Part shown: piece after piece, positions 31,254 through 42,290 of the stretch | Layout of the letters: each line of letters begins with the position of its first letter | Numbering within the stretch: the first letter of the stretch is position 1 | NCBI GenBank assembly: GCA_963716175.1 | Contig: OY970296.1 | Span: 3,136,001-3,200,000 of the forward strand | Reading direction: 5' to 3' | DNA: 64,000 bases | Source: an uncultured Armatimonadetes bacterium | Lineage (GTDB): Bacteria > Armatimonadota > Hebobacteria > Hebobacterales > Hebobacteraceae | Notes under the pieces: generated by a model | Seen by the model: the letters and a program-made list of their open reading frames with translations, nothing else | The model's database searches: none | What the model was told of the DNA's origin: nothing | Translations under genes and position numbers: made by a program

Positions 31254-31325
31254 GGCGGGCATCCACAGTAGCCCTTGGCGAAGGCGGATGCCCGCCGGTG
31301 GCGGGCGTGGGCACGCCCGCCCTAC
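31250..31325. repeat. GTAG-type REP doublet (REPIN-like)
   Basis: GTAGGGCGGGC...GCCCGCCCTAC. Confidence 0.75.
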
Positions 31326-31398
31326 ACTTTCTTGCTTGGCCGCCATCACTCTGCTATCATCTCACTGGCTCAATCCAGTCCCAGGCTGGCGTGCTTCC

Positions 31399-31818
31399 GT
31401 GGTCATCATCGGCATCGTCTTGCCCATACTAGCCTTCGTTCTCGTCTTGGTCCTGGCGGGAGAGATCAGCCGCTTCAAGTCGGGCCGGCACTTGATCTCT
31501 CCCCGCCGCCTCGCGCTTCGCCTGGTGGCGGGCCTGCTCTTGCTGATGTTGCTGGCGGGGGTGTTCGTGGGCCTCTTCGTGCTGCGGCTGCGTGAGGTCG
31601 GGGCGCGACCCGAGCTCTTCGTCGTGTTCTGGTCAGCTTGTCTACTCATAGCAGTGGCGCTGATCCTGGTCATGCTGGCCGACATGAGAGAGGTGGGAGA
31701 GCGCTACACCCAGCGCCAGCACGAGATCTGGCGCGACCTCGCCGGCCACCTCGCCAAGTCCGTGCCTCAGCTCAGGCTCCCGCAGGACGCGGCCGGCAAG
31801 GACGAACGCAAAGAATGA
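31399..31818 (+). CDS. Hypothetical three-TM membrane protein
   Basis: Three hydrophobic segments; stop overlaps ribD start. Confidence 0.7.
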   Translation: MVIIGIVLPILAFVLVLVLAGEISRFKSGRHLISPRRLALRLVAGLLLLMLLAGVFVGLFVLRLREVGARPELFVVFWSACLLIAVALILVMLADMREVGERYTQRQHEIWRDLAGHLAKSVPQLRLPQDAAGKDERKE

Positions 31819-32970
31819 GCGAGGCCGATCAGGCCGCCGGGCCGGCCGCGGTCGGGTCCCGGGCCGGAACCTGGATGCGGCGCGCGCTCCGGCTGGCGGC
31901 GCGGGGCCGGGGCTGGACCGGCCCCAACCCCATGGTCGGCGCGGTGGTGGTGAAGCGCGGCCGCCTGCTGGGCGAGGGCTATCATCACGAAGTGGGCGGC
32001 CCCCATGCCGAGGTGTGGGCGCTGGAGCAGGCCGGGAAGAACGCCAGGGGGGCCACTGTCTACGTCAACCTCGAACCCTGCTGTCATCACGGCCGCACCC
32101 CCCCGTGCACCGAGACCTTGATCCGGGCCGGGGTGGCGCAGGTGGTGGCGGCCGTCTTGGATCCCGATCCGCGGGTGAACGGCCGAGGACTGAGGGAGCT
32201 CAGACGGGCCGGCGTCGCAGTCAGCGTCGGCGTGCTGGAGCGCGAGGCGCGCCGGCTCAACGAGGGCTACTTCAAGCGCCTCGCCACCGGACTGCCGGTT
32301 GTAGCTTTGAAGGCCGCCATGAGTCTCGATGGCAAGATCGCCACCGCCGCGGGCGAGTCGAAGTGGATCACCGGGGAGAAAGCGCGCGCCTTCGGCCATC
32401 GCCTGCGCGCCCAGCACGACGCAGTGATGGTGGGTGTGCACACCGTGCTGGCCAATGACCCGGAGCTTACGGTCCGCCTCGCGGGGGCGCAGCCCGCTCC
32501 GCGTGGTGGTTGACAGCCGGGGCCGTACCCCGGCCGCGGCTCGGCTGCTCAGGAGCGGTGATCGGCCGCCGGTGATCGCCGTCACCAGGCGAGCGGCCTT
32601 GGCCCGCCGCCGGGCCCTGGAAGCAGTCGGCGCCGAGGTGTGGGTGGCGCCCGCGCGGGACCGGAGAGTGGACCTGGCATGGCTGGCGAAGCGCCTGGCA
32701 CAGGGGGGCGTGAACAGCCTCTTGATCGAAGGGGGTGGCACGCTAGCCGCCAGCGCCCTAGCCGCGGGCCTGGTGGATCGTGTATACTTCTTCCTGGCGC
32801 CCCTGATCGTCGGCGGAGCCAAGGCGCTGACGCCGGTGGAGGGGGAGGGCGCGCGGCGGCTGGGCCAGGCCTGGCGGATTCGGGGGATGCGCACCCGGCG
32901 GGTAGGGGAGGATCTGCTGATCACCGGGGAAGTGACCGGCAGCGCGGGCAATGTTCACCGGCCTGATTGA
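31815..32970 (+). CDS. ribD: Bifunctional riboflavin deaminase/reductase, frameshifted near 32480
   Basis: PNPMVG, HAE, LEPCCH..PPC; reductase LIEGGGTL in second frame. Confidence 0.92.
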
Positions 32971-33583
32971 GGAGATCGGCGTCATCGCGGAGGTCTCTCG
33001 CGGCCCAGCACTGCGACTGGCGGTGCGGGCGCGGCAGGTGCTGGAGGATCTCAAGGTGGGTGACAGCATCGCGGTCAGCGGGCCCTGCCTCACGGTGGAG
33101 CGCATCGCCGGTGACCGCTTCCATGCTTCCCTGCTGCCGGAGACGGCCGAGGCCACCACGCTCAGCGCGGCCCAGATCGGCCGGCGCGTTAACCTGGAGC
33201 GGCCGCTGCGGCTCGGCGACCGCCTGGGCGGCCATCTGGTCACTGGGCATGTGGACGGCGTCGCCGAGGTCACGTCGGCGCAGGATCGCGGGGAGACGCG
33301 ACTGGTCGAGCTGCTCTGCCCGGCCGGGCTGGAGCAGTATCTGGTGGACCGGGGCTCGGTGGCCCTGGATGGAGTGAGCCTGACCGTGCGCGCGCCCGCG
33401 GGGCGGCGCTTCTCGGTGGCCCTGGTCGGGGCCACGCTGGCCGCCACCACCCTGGGTGGGCTGCGGGCCGGGGAGCGCGTGAACATGGAGGCGGACTTAC
33501 TGGCCAAGCATGTGGCGCGGTTGGTGCGGGCAGGGGAGGAGGCCGACGAGAAGCTGGCGGCCTGGCTGACGGAGGCGGAGTAG
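32951..33583 (+). CDS. ribE: Riboflavin synthase (alpha type)
   Basis: MFTGLIE; [12 protein letters not shown]. Confidence 0.96.
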   Translation: MFTGLIEEIGVIAEVSRGPALRLAVRARQVLEDLKVGDSIAVSGPCLTVERIAGDRFHASLLPETAEATTLSAAQIGRRVNLERPLRLGDRLGGHLVTGHVDGVAEVTSAQDRGETRLVELLCPAGLEQYLVDRGSVALDGVSLTVRAPAGRRFSVALVGATLAATTLGGLRAGERVNMEADLLAKHVARLVRAGEEADEKLAAWLTEAE

Positions 33584-33585
33584 CA

Positions 33586-34842
33586 GTGAGCGAAGAGCAA
33601 GCGCATGTCATCATCTCTGTGGAGCAGGCGATCGAGGAGTTCAAGGCCGGTCGCTGCCTGATCCTGGTGGATGACGAGGACCGGGAGAACGAGGGCGACC
33701 TGACCGTAGCCGCGCAGTTCGCCTCGCCCGAGATGATCAACTTCATGGCCCGCGAGGGCCGGGGGTTGATCTGCGTCGCCATGACGCGGGAGCGCCTGCA
33801 CGAGCTGGCCCTCTATCCCATGGTGGCCGAGGAAAACGCGCTGCATGGCACCGCGTTCATGGTGTCGGTTGACGCCAAGCACGGCACCACCACCGGGATC
33901 TCGGCCTATGACCGGGCACGAACGGTGCGGGCGCTGATCGCACCCGAGACCCGGCCGGAGGACCTGGCCCGCCCGGGGCACTTGTTCCCATTGCAGGCCA
34001 AGGAAGGTGGCGTGCTGGCGCGCGCTGGCCAAACCGAGGCCTCCGTGGATCTGGCTCGCCTGGCCGGCCTCTATCCGGCGGCGGTGATCTGCGAGGTGAT
34101 GGCCGAGGACGGCACCATGGCGCGGCTGCCCAGGCTGATGGAGTTCGCCCGCGCCCACCAGGTTCACATCGTCACGGTCGAATCCATCATGAACTACCGT
34201 AGGCAGCGGGAGCGGCTGGTGCGGAGAGCGGCCACCTCGACTGTTCCTACCCGCTACGGCACCTTCACGGTGCACGCCTACGAGAGCTTGGTTGATAACA
34301 AGCCCTATCTCGCGCTGGTCTATGGCGACCTCGGGCCCGGCCCCACCCTGGTGCGGGTACATTCGAGCTGCCTGACCGGCGACGTCTTTCACTCCCATCG
34401 CTGCGACTGCGGCGATCAGCTCGAGCGCGCGCTCCAGATGATCGTGGAGGAGGGCTCGGGGGTGCTGCTGTACATCCAGCAAGAGGGACGCGGCATCGGC
34501 CTGATAAACAAGATAAGGGCTTACGAGCTGCAGGAGCATGGGCACGATACCGTAGAGGCCAATCGCTTGCTCGGATTCGCCCCGGATATTCGCGACTACG
34601 GCATCGGCGCGCAGATTCTGCACGACCTGGGTCTGCGTGAGATTCGCCTCATGACCAACAACCCGGGCAAGGTGGTGGGCCTGGAGGGGATGGGCATGAG
34701 GGTGGTGGAGCGGGTGCCGCTGGAGGTGCCCCCGACCGATGTGAACCGCGGCTACCTGAGGACCAAGCGCGACAAGCTGGGACATCTTCTCTCCGGGGCG
34801 CCGGACGAGGAGCCCAACCAGGGAAAGGACGAAGGGCCATGA
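33586..34842 (+). CDS. ribBA: DHBP synthase / GTP cyclohydrolase II
   Basis: [10 protein letters not shown]; [14 protein letters not shown]; QEGRGIGL. Confidence 0.97.
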   Translation: MSEEQAHVIISVEQAIEEFKAGRCLILVDDEDRENEGDLTVAAQFASPEMINFMAREGRGLICVAMTRERLHELALYPMVAEENALHGTAFMVSVDAKHGTTTGISAYDRARTVRALIAPETRPEDLARPGHLFPLQAKEGGVLARAGQTEASVDLARLAGLYPAAVICEVMAEDGTMARLPRLMEFARAHQVHIVTVESIMNYRRQRERLVRRAATSTVPTRYGTFTVHAYESLVDNKPYLALVYGDLGPGPTLVRVHSSCLTGDVFHSHRCDCGDQLERALQMIVEEGSGVLLYIQQEGRGIGLINKIRAYELQEHGHDTVEANRLLGFAPDIRDYGIGAQILHDLGLREIRLMTNNPGKVVGLEGMGMRVVERVPLEVPPTDVNRGYLRTKRDKLGHLLSGAPDEEPNQGKDEGP

Positions 34843-35336
34843 CCAACACTTACGAGGGCAATCTGCTCGCCAAAGGGCTGCGCTTCGCCATCGTCGCCAG
34901 CCGCTTCAACGACCTGATCACCCGCCGCCTGCTCTCCGGCGCGCTGGATGCGCTCTCTCGCCATGGCGCCGATGAGCAGCAGATTGATGTGGCCTGGGTG
35001 CCAGGCGCGTTCGAACTGCCCCTGGTAGCCCAGCGGCTGGCCCAGTCGGAGAGCTATGATGCCGTGATCTGCCTCGCCGCCATCATCCGCGGCGCCACTC
35101 CTCACTTCGAGTACGTGGCCGCCGAGGCCGCCAAGGGCGTCGCCAAGGTGGGGCTGGACACTGGCGTCCCGACCATCTACGGGATCGTCACTGCCGACAG
35201 CATCGAGCAAGCGGTGGAAAGGGCGGGCACGAAGGCCGGAAACCGGGGTGCGGATGCGGCTCGTTCCGCCATCGAGATGGCCAATCTGATGCGATCTCTG
35301 CCAGCCAAGGGATCGGCGCGAGGCAAGGCGCGGTAG
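34839..35336 (+). CDS. ribH: 6,7-dimethyl-8-ribityllumazine synthase
   Basis: VPGAFELP; [11 protein letters not shown]. Confidence 0.97.
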   Translation: MTNTYEGNLLAKGLRFAIVASRFNDLITRRLLSGALDALSRHGADEQQIDVAWVPGAFELPLVAQRLAQSESYDAVICLAAIIRGATPHFEYVAAEAAKGVAKVGLDTGVPTIYGIVTADSIEQAVERAGTKAGNRGADAARSAIEMANLMRSLPAKGSARGKAR

Positions 35337-35783
35337 GTGCGAGCGGTCGTCCAGCGGGTCAGCTCGGCGCGAGTGGCAGTGGACGAGCAGCCCGTTGCCG
35401 CTATCGGCAAAGGGCTGCTCGTGCTGTTGGGTGTGGCCGCCGGCGACGGCGAGCGGGAGGCGGAATGGCTCGCCGACAAGATCGCCAGCCTGCGCATCTT
35501 CGAGGACCAGGCGGGAAAGATGAACCTGTCCGTGCAGGAGGTTGGCGGCGCGCTCCTCGTGGTGAGCCAGTTCACCCTCCTCGCCGACTGCCGCAAGGGC
35601 CGCCGGCCCAGCTTCACCGCAGCCGCCCCACCGGCCGAGGCCGACCGCCTCTACCAGGTGTTCGTCGCCAGACTCAGATTGGCCGGCCTTGCCGCTGAGA
35701 CCGGCGTCTTCCAGGCCCACATGGCGGTGCATCTGGTCAATGATGGGCCGGTGACGGTGATTCTGGACACGAAGTGTGGTTAG
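35337..35783 (+). CDS. dtd: D-aminoacyl-tRNA deacylase
   Basis: [19 protein letters not shown]. Confidence 0.97.
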   Translation: MRAVVQRVSSARVAVDEQPVAAIGKGLLVLLGVAAGDGEREAEWLADKIASLRIFEDQAGKMNLSVQEVGGALLVVSQFTLLADCRKGRRPSFTAAAPPAEADRLYQVFVARLRLAGLAAETGVFQAHMAVHLVNDGPVTVILDTKCG

Positions 35784-35988
35784 GGCGAGCATCCCCGCGT
35801 CCGTGGGAGCCCTCAGTTTGGGGCGATGTCCGTTGGGCAGGAGCTTGCTCCTGCCAATCGCAAACCGCGGCGTTGTTGCAGGCGCTCCTCTGCTGTGGTA
35901 AGATGGCCGAGCCGAGCGCAGCGCCTGCCGGTTGAGCGCCTGAGTGGTTGAGGCGCTCTCGCCCTTCCCTGGCAGCGAAGAGGAGCGT

Positions 35989-36309
35989 ATGGGAGTTGAC
36001 GAGTCCCTGGTCCAGGAGATAACCCGGCGCATTCTCACGGTCGCCAGACCAGACAAGATCATCCTCTTCGGTTCGGCCGCCGCGGGCAGGACGACCCGGG
36101 ACAGCGACATTGATCTTCTCGTGGTGGAGCCGGACGCAGGAGATCGGCGCGAGGAATACGTCCGCATCCGGCGGGCGCTCAGCGGCATAGGCTATCCCTT
36201 CGACGTAATCCTGATCTCCACCGAATGGTTCGAAGAGAGCAAGCATGTCATCGGCGGCATCGCTTACCCGGCGAACAAGTACGGAAGGGTGATATATGAG
36301 GCCGCCTGA
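35989..36309 (+). CDS. Minimal nucleotidyltransferase (MNT antitoxin type)
   Basis: FGS-x10-DID motif. Confidence 0.9.
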   Translation: MGVDESLVQEITRRILTVARPDKIILFGSAAAGRTTRDSDIDLLVVEPDAGDRREEYVRIRRALSGIGYPFDVILISTEWFEESKHVIGGIAYPANKYGRVIYEAA

Positions 36310-36349
36310 GGAGGTCAAGCGCGAGATCGTGGCAGGCTGGCTGCGCTAG
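36296..36349 (+). pseudogene. Truncated HEPN toxin N-terminus
   Basis: MRPPEEVKREIVAGWLR-stop overlapping the MNT end; resembles HEPN N-terminal helix. Confidence 0.55.
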
Positions 36350-36422
36350 CCGGGCAATGCGGTCAGCGATAGCGCGAAGGGCAGCGGACTGCGTTCTGCC
36401 GCGTAAGGTTGAAAGGAATCCC

Positions 36423-36833
36423 ATGACGGCTTACAGCACCAAGGTGATGGAGCACTTCCGCAATCCGCGCAATGTGGGCGTGGTCGAGAACGCGGATGGC
36501 GTGGGCAAAGTCGGCAATCCGGTGTGCGGTGATATCATGGAGCTCACCATCAAGGTGGACGGCGGTATCATCACTGACGCCAAGTTTCGCACCTTCGGCT
36601 GCGGCGCCGCCATCGCCACCAGCAGCATGGTCACCGAGATCGTGAAGGGCAAGACCATCGAGGAAGCGCTGAAGGTGAGCAATGCCACGGTGGCTGAAGC
36701 GCTGGGCGGCCTGCCCAGCATCAAGATGCACTGCTCGGTCCTGGCCGAGCAGGCGCTCAAGCTCGCGATCCAGGATTACTACGAGAAGAAAGGCGAGAAC
36801 CGGGAAATCCCGGCCCCGAAGGACAACGGCTGA
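36423..36833 (+). CDS. iscU: Fe-S scaffold IscU/NifU-like
   Basis: YSTKVMEHFRNPRN, GNPVCGD, FGCGAA, KMHCS. Confidence 0.95.
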   Translation: MTAYSTKVMEHFRNPRNVGVVENADGVGKVGNPVCGDIMELTIKVDGGIITDAKFRTFGCGAAIATSSMVTEIVKGKTIEEALKVSNATVAEALGGLPSIKMHCSVLAEQALKLAIQDYYEKKGENREIPAPKDNG

Positions 36834-36912
36834 GGCCACGAGGCCGGGAAGCGAGTCGCCGGAGGCGGCCAAAGCTCGCCCGCGTCGCGCGGGCTCCTCC
36901 CCAGGGACTCCT

Positions 36913-38529
36913 TCAGCTCTGCGCCGGGTCCGGGCCCGGGTCGGCGCCGGCTCCGCCGTTCTCCATCACCTGCAGCAAGCCGTACTCTACTCCATCAACG
37001 AGCGCTTGCCAGCTCGCCTCGATGATGTTGGTGTGGACCCCCACTGTGGTCCAGGTGCGGGCCCCGGCGCGGGACTCCACCATCACCCGCACCGCGGCCG
37101 CGGTGGCCTGCTCGGGCGCATCCACCACTCGCACCTTGAAGTCGGTGAGCCGGATGCCCTTCAGCTCCGGGTAGAACCGCTCCAGGGCCTTCCGCAGGGC
37201 ATTGTCCAGGGCGTGCACCGGGCCGTCTCCCTCTGCCGCGGTGTGCTCCCACTCGCCATCCACATGCACCTTGATAGTGGCCTCGGTGCGAAGCTCCCCG
37301 GCGCGGTCCTTTTCCACGATCACCCGGAAGCCCTCCAGGTCGAACCGCGGCTTGTAGAGGCCCACGCTCTTGCGCATCATCAGCTCGAAAGAGGCTTCCG
37401 CGCCCTCGAACTGGTAGCCCGCGTGCTCCATCTCCTTCAGTCGCGCCATGATCGCCTGCGCCTGCGGCGAATCCTTCTCCAGCCCCAGCGCCAGCGCTTG
37501 CGCCTTGAAGATGATGGCGCTCCTGCCGGCCTGGTCCGAGATCAGGTGGCGCCTCTCGTTGCCCACCAGCTCGGGCCTGACGTGCTCGTAGGTGCGCGAG
37601 TGTTTCAGCATGGCATCCACGTGCATGCCGCTCTTGTGGGCGAACGCGCTCCGGCCTACGTATGCATCGCGCTCCGGCGGCGGCATGTTGGCCACCGAAG
37701 CGACATAGTGCGCCACCTCATAGAGCTGCGCGAGCTGCTCCTCCGACAGGCAGTGCCGGTTCATCTTCAACTGCAGATTGGGGATCACCGCGCATAGGTT
37801 GGTCATGCCGCAGCGCTCGGCGTAGCCGTTGATCGTCCCCTGCACCTGCGCGCATCCGGCCTCGACCGCGACCAGGGTGTTTGCCACCGCCAGCCCGCAG
37901 TCGTCGTGAGCGTGTATCCCCAACGGAAGGCGCACGGACTCGCGAACCGCTTTCACCGCGCGCCTGACCTCGTGTGGCAGCATGCCCCCATTGGTATCGC
38001 AGAGACAGATCCAGTCCGCACCGGCCTGCTGCGCCGCGCGCAGGCAGGCCAGCGCGTACTCCGGATTGTGCTTGAATCCGTCGAAGAAATGCTCGGCGTC
38101 AAACCCGACCTCGAGGCCGTGTCCCTTCACGTAGCCGACCGACTCCTGGATGATCTTGAAGTTTTCCTCCAGGGTCACGCGGAGGGCATCGGTCACATGC
38201 AGATCCCAGGTCTTGGCCACCAGGGTGGCCACAGGCGCGCCCAGGCCGACCAGGTTCCGCAGTCCCGGATCATCTTCGGCTCTCACCCCCGCCCGCCGGG
38301 TCATGCCAAAGGCCGCCAGCCGGGCCTGCTGCAGCGGCTGCTCTCGCAGCCGCTCGAAGAACTCCACATCGGTGCGGTTGCCCGGCGCCGAGAAACCGCC
38401 CTCCAGGTAGTGCACGCCCAGGTCGTCCAGCTTGCGCGCGATCTTGACCTTGTCGTCCACCGAGAAGGAGATGCCCTCTGCCTGCGCACCGTCGCGAAGT
38501 GTGGTGTCATATAGCAGAAGGTCGCTCAC
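36913..38529 (-). CDS. cimA: Citramalate synthase (LeuA-like)
   Basis: YDTTLRDGAQ, FDAEHFFDG, AFAHKSGMH, C-terminal regulatory domain. Confidence 0.9.
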   Translation of the reverse strand: MSDLLLYDTTLRDGAQAEGISFSVDDKVKIARKLDDLGVHYLEGGFSAPGNRTDVEFFERLREQPLQQARLAAFGMTRRAGVRAEDDPGLRNLVGLGAPVATLVAKTWDLHVTDALRVTLEENFKIIQESVGYVKGHGLEVGFDAEHFFDGFKHNPEYALACLRAAQQAGADWICLCDTNGGMLPHEVRRAVKAVRESVRLPLGIHAHDDCGLAVANTLVAVEAGCAQVQGTINGYAERCGMTNLCAVIPNLQLKMNRHCLSEEQLAQLYEVAHYVASVANMPPPERDAYVGRSAFAHKSGMHVDAMLKHSRTYEHVRPELVGNERRHLISDQAGRSAIIFKAQALALGLEKDSPQAQAIMARLKEMEHAGYQFEGAEASFELMMRKSVGLYKPRFDLEGFRVIVEKDRAGELRTEATIKVHVDGEWEHTAAEGDGPVHALDNALRKALERFYPELKGIRLTDFKVRVVDAPEQATAAAVRVMVESRAGARTWTTVGVHTNIIEASWQALVDGVEYGLLQVMENGGAGADPGPDPAQS

Positions 38530-38634
38530 CGCTCTTCTCCTCGTGTTCCCGCGCCTGGCAGACTGGTCTCCGATCGCGGCAGGGCATGATAGCCGATTCT
38601 ACTCTCGCCCTGTGGAGTGTGTCAAACCGGCCCC

Positions 38635-38694
38635 GTAGGGGCGCAATTCATCGCGCTCACAAAGGCTGTCGGGCGTGATCAACCACCCCCCTAC
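38635..38694. repeat. GTAG-type REP doublet
   Basis: GTAGGGGCGCAATTCATCGCGC...CCCCTAC. Confidence 0.6.
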
Positions 38695-40688
38695 GCCGCC
38701 CCGCGCCCTCCCGACATCAACAGCACCATAGAAGAGAGCAAAGTAGCCGCGGCCTGCCCCAGAAACAGGCCGAAGAAGGAGGGGCGGAGCTGCTGGTACA
38801 AGCGCAGGCCTCCGAAGCGGTAGATCACGTTCACCAGCACCCAGCCCACCAGGGCATTGGCCCAGATCAAGGCATTTATCCCCCAGCCCCCCTGCAGCAG
38901 GAAGCCCACCGGGCTCAGCCGCCACCAGGAGACGTGCATCTGCAGTAGCGCCAGGCCGCAGGCGATGCCGACGCCTGACAGCATGGCGAGGATGCCCACC
39001 CCATCCGGCCGCTGAGGATTCTGGAGCATGCTCGCCATGTCCCCGAACTCCCACCGCGGCACGCCATCATAGGTCCACGAGTCCAGCCCACCGATGCCGC
39101 GGTGATAGCCCGCCCAGATTCTCCCCACCGGCCCCAGCGCTACCATCAACACCACTGCCGCGGCCAGGGAGAGCACCACGGTGGTCCCCCGCAGCCGGCT
39201 GGCGTGGAAGATCCTCATGTCGTTGGCCGCGTAGTGCATGAACGAGACCTTGAACTCGGTCATGAATACGGCGTCCATCGGGTTCAGCAGGGCGAAGGTC
39301 CCAGGGCGCGCGCCCAGTGTCCCGAACCCGCCGTCCAAGAGGTAGCGAACCTGAGGTCCGCACTCCACGTGATTGGTGCCTGCGGCGGCGATCACCCGGG
39401 TGAGCGAGAGCGCGGTCATGTAGAACATGAACATCAGGACCAGCAGACGAGAGACCTGCGCCCCGGCGGCGTGCGCGACCCAGCACAGGCCAAGGGTGCT
39501 GACCGCCAGCCCGATCAGCGCATAGCGCGGTCTGAGCAGGTCCAGCGGGTCAGGATCCCGCCACCTGGGGTCCCACCAGGATCGCACCGCCGCCAGCAGG
39601 GCGCGGCGGGATTGGTAGAGCACGAAGACCCCAAACCCGACCAGCGCACCGCCAGTCTGGAACCCATAGAAACCCGAGCTCCAGCCGACCGCCCCGCCCA
39701 GGAAGCCGAGAGCGGCGAGCGTCACCAACTGTGCGTAGTAGAAGGCATGGAAGAACCAGAGACTCAGTGACACCTCCACCGGCAGCAGGCACATGATCCC
39801 GATGCTGCCCCAGCTCAGGTTGAACTCGATCCGGTTGAGCACGCCCCAGGGCACCACGTTCTCGTTGAACACCCGTCCGATCGCCCACTCCATCGGGAAA
39901 TGGGGAATCGCCGGCAGATAGCGGTTCAGCAGCCCGGTCATCCCATAGAGGAAGGCCAGGCCAAACCCGATCAGGAACATGGACTGGCGCAGCAGCGGGG
40001 TGCCCGGAGTGCCGTGATAACCGACCGTCTCCAGGGGGATCTGCGCCAGAGGGAAGGCCAGCCGCTGGCCTTCGATCCAGTCCCTGCGCACCAAAGACAT
40101 CAGGGAGAAGGAACCGCTGTACACACACAGGCTGATCGCGCCCCAGGCCAGCAGGGGCTGGCGCCAGGCCGCCCAGGGAATGGCCTGGCCCTCGGGGATG
40201 CCCTCCCAGAGCCAACGGATCGCCTCGGGATTGCCTACCTGAAGCCAGACTGGGACATGCGGCTGAATCAGTGTCGTCCAGCGGTTCTCCGGGCTGGCGA
40301 AGTACTGACTCGCGGTCACCATGACGGTGACGAAGGTGGCATAGCCGACGGTGGACATGGCCGCGGTCGCAGCCACCATGGCATAGACAGTCAGGATCTC
40401 AGACCTGCTCAGGCCGCGACCGCGGCGCCGCCAGAGCAGGAGTCCGTTGACCGGGCCCAGCAAGAGGAAAAGCGCCAGCAGGGAGGCCGCGGTGATCGGC
40501 CCCAGGCCCAGGTCAGGGCCGTCTTTCACATCGCTGAGATAGGGCAGCAGAAAGGCGAGCCCGGCGATCAGGCTCAGCCCCAGCAGGAAGGCCCGGAGGG
40601 TCACCCCGCGGGGGCGATCCGGCTCGGAGCTCGCCGCCCCCGCGCCCATGGCAGGTCCGGCAGTCGCTTCCCCGTGCACCGCCATCAC
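38691..40688 (-). CDS. Polytopic membrane protein, DUF6785/DUF6784-like
   Basis: TLRAFLLG, W..W..PLLAW, RLAFPLAQIP, FFGLFLG. Confidence 0.75.
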   Translation of the reverse strand: MMAVHGEATAGPAMGAGAASSEPDRPRGVTLRAFLLGLSLIAGLAFLLPYLSDVKDGPDLGLGPITAASLLALFLLLGPVNGLLLWRRRGRGLSRSEILTVYAMVAATAAMSTVGYATFVTVMVTASQYFASPENRWTTLIQPHVPVWLQVGNPEAIRWLWEGIPEGQAIPWAAWRQPLLAWGAISLCVYSGSFSLMSLVRRDWIEGQRLAFPLAQIPLETVGYHGTPGTPLLRQSMFLIGFGLAFLYGMTGLLNRYLPAIPHFPMEWAIGRVFNENVVPWGVLNRIEFNLSWGSIGIMCLLPVEVSLSLWFFHAFYYAQLVTLAALGFLGGAVGWSSGFYGFQTGGALVGFGVFVLYQSRRALLAAVRSWWDPRWRDPDPLDLLRPRYALIGLAVSTLGLCWVAHAAGAQVSRLLVLMFMFYMTALSLTRVIAAAGTNHVECGPQVRYLLDGGFGTLGARPGTFALLNPMDAVFMTEFKVSFMHYAANDMRIFHASRLRGTTVVLSLAAAVVLMVALGPVGRIWAGYHRGIGGLDSWTYDGVPRWEFGDMASMLQNPQRPDGVGILAMLSGVGIACGLALLQMHVSWWRLSPVGFLLQGGWGINALIWANALVGWVLVNVIYRFGGLRLYQQLRPSFFGLFLGQAAATLLSSMVLLMSGGRGAA

Positions 40689-40729
40689 GCCAGGTAGTTC
40701 GACTGCGTGCCGGGGTCGCCCTGCCGGGT

Positions 40730-42067
40730 CTATTGCGTTGGCTGGCCCAGGTCGGCAGCCACCACCCGCGCGATCAGCAGGGTCATATCATCGCGGTGCC
40801 GGCCGCCCCTGCCGTAGTCGTTCACCGCCTCGAAGATCCGGACTGTCATCTCCTGGGCGGAGGCGGCGGCCCGATGGCTCAGCACCTGGGTCACAAACGC
40901 CTCTCGTCCCAGCAGCCGGCCTCGCCGATCCATCACCTCGGTCATACCGTCAGTGAACATTACCAGCGTGTCGCCGGGATGCAGAGGGATGCTCTCCTCC
41001 TGGTAGACCACCTCCGGCAGCACGCCCAGCACCAGGCCTGCTCGCGCCAGCGCCACCGGGGCCTCAGCCCCGGCTGGGATCAGCACCGGGGGCTCGTGGC
41101 CCGCGTTGGCATAGGTGAGCGTGCCGGTATCTAGATCAACTACCAGATAGGACATGCTGATGAAGATCTCCAGCTCCACGTTGTCCGCCGCCGCCGCCGC
41201 CACCTCGCGGTTGATCTCGGTGAGCACGCGGGCCGGCGACTGCTCCCGGCGCGCGGTCAGCCGGAGCGTAGTCTTGAAGGTGGAGAGATAGCCGATCTGT
41301 TGGCTGAACTGCCCCGAGAGGTCGGCGATGCACAGCCCCCAGCGTCGTCCGCCCAGCGGGATGAGATCGTAGTAGTCACCGGAGAACGCGAACGCCGCGG
41401 GGCGGTACTGAAACCCGATTTCCAGGCCAGGGGCCGCGGGCAAGCGCTTGGGCCTGACCAGCTCGTCCACATACTGCGCCACCCGGATGCGCTCCCGGAA
41501 CTGGTGCAGCACGGCCCTGCTGCTGGCCAGCGCCTGGCGCTCCCGTCCGTGGGCCTCCGCGGCGATGCTCACTACCCCTGCGGTGACGATCAGGAAGACG
41601 ATCTGGAGCATCACCGTGGTCCCCAGCCCACCTCCCCCGGGAAATCGCGCCGTCGCCACCGCCCACACATAGAGCGCCGACGCGAACAGCGCGGTGAGGA
41701 ACGCGCCGCTCACCCCAAACCAGAAGGCCGAGATGATGACCACCGCGAAGTAGAGCGGGAAGAAGCCGACCGCCCCGGGCCCCGAGAAGTAGATCCACAG
41801 CGAGATCAGGATCACGTCCACCGCCACGATGACGGAGCGGGGGAACGGCAGCTGCCGCGTGTGCACCACGAAGAGAGCAAGATTGTAGACTGTGGCCGCG
41901 ATGATCGCCGCGTGCAGCAGCAGGCCGCTGGTACCGCGGGCTTCCATGAACTGGGGTGAGAACAGCACGACCAGCAGGAAGATGGTGCGAAATACCGCGA
42001 TCACGATCTCCGTGTCGCGGCGCCGATGTTCGATCTCCTCGGGTCGCGGAACGCCGGGTCTGGCCAT
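40730..42067 (-). CDS. Membrane-bound PP2C/SpoIIE-type phosphatase
   Basis: SGDYYD, NAGHEPP, FTDGMTE, DDMTLL; N-terminal TMs. Confidence 0.9.
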   Translation of the reverse strand: MARPGVPRPEEIEHRRRDTEIVIAVFRTIFLLVVLFSPQFMEARGTSGLLLHAAIIAATVYNLALFVVHTRQLPFPRSVIVAVDVILISLWIYFSGPGAVGFFPLYFAVVIISAFWFGVSGAFLTALFASALYVWAVATARFPGGGGLGTTVMLQIVFLIVTAGVVSIAAEAHGRERQALASSRAVLHQFRERIRVAQYVDELVRPKRLPAAPGLEIGFQYRPAAFAFSGDYYDLIPLGGRRWGLCIADLSGQFSQQIGYLSTFKTTLRLTARREQSPARVLTEINREVAAAAADNVELEIFISMSYLVVDLDTGTLTYANAGHEPPVLIPAGAEAPVALARAGLVLGVLPEVVYQEESIPLHPGDTLVMFTDGMTEVMDRRGRLLGREAFVTQVLSHRAAASAQEMTVRIFEAVNDYGRGGRHRDDMTLLIARVVAADLGQPTQ

Positions 42068-42290
42068 AGACTATCCCTGGATGCCCTCGGCACTTCGGCA
42101 GCCCGCTGCCGAATCCTGCTCAGCCCACAAAGGGCCAGTTCGCAAGGCGGGTAACGCGGGCCGGAGGCATAGGAGATTTGCCCCAAGCTATGGTAAAAGT
42201 TAGGTGAGGCGCGCGGAAGAGGCGAGGCTGCGCGTCTAATCTCCAGCACCGAACGCCCCGGCTCCATAGCACAAAGGGGAAGCTCAAAGC

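Noticed and set aside
31326-31814. FMN riboswitch upstream of the rib operon
   Set aside because: No AGGGCGGGG..AATTCCCGACCG-type core is visible, and the region is occupied by a membrane-protein ORF.
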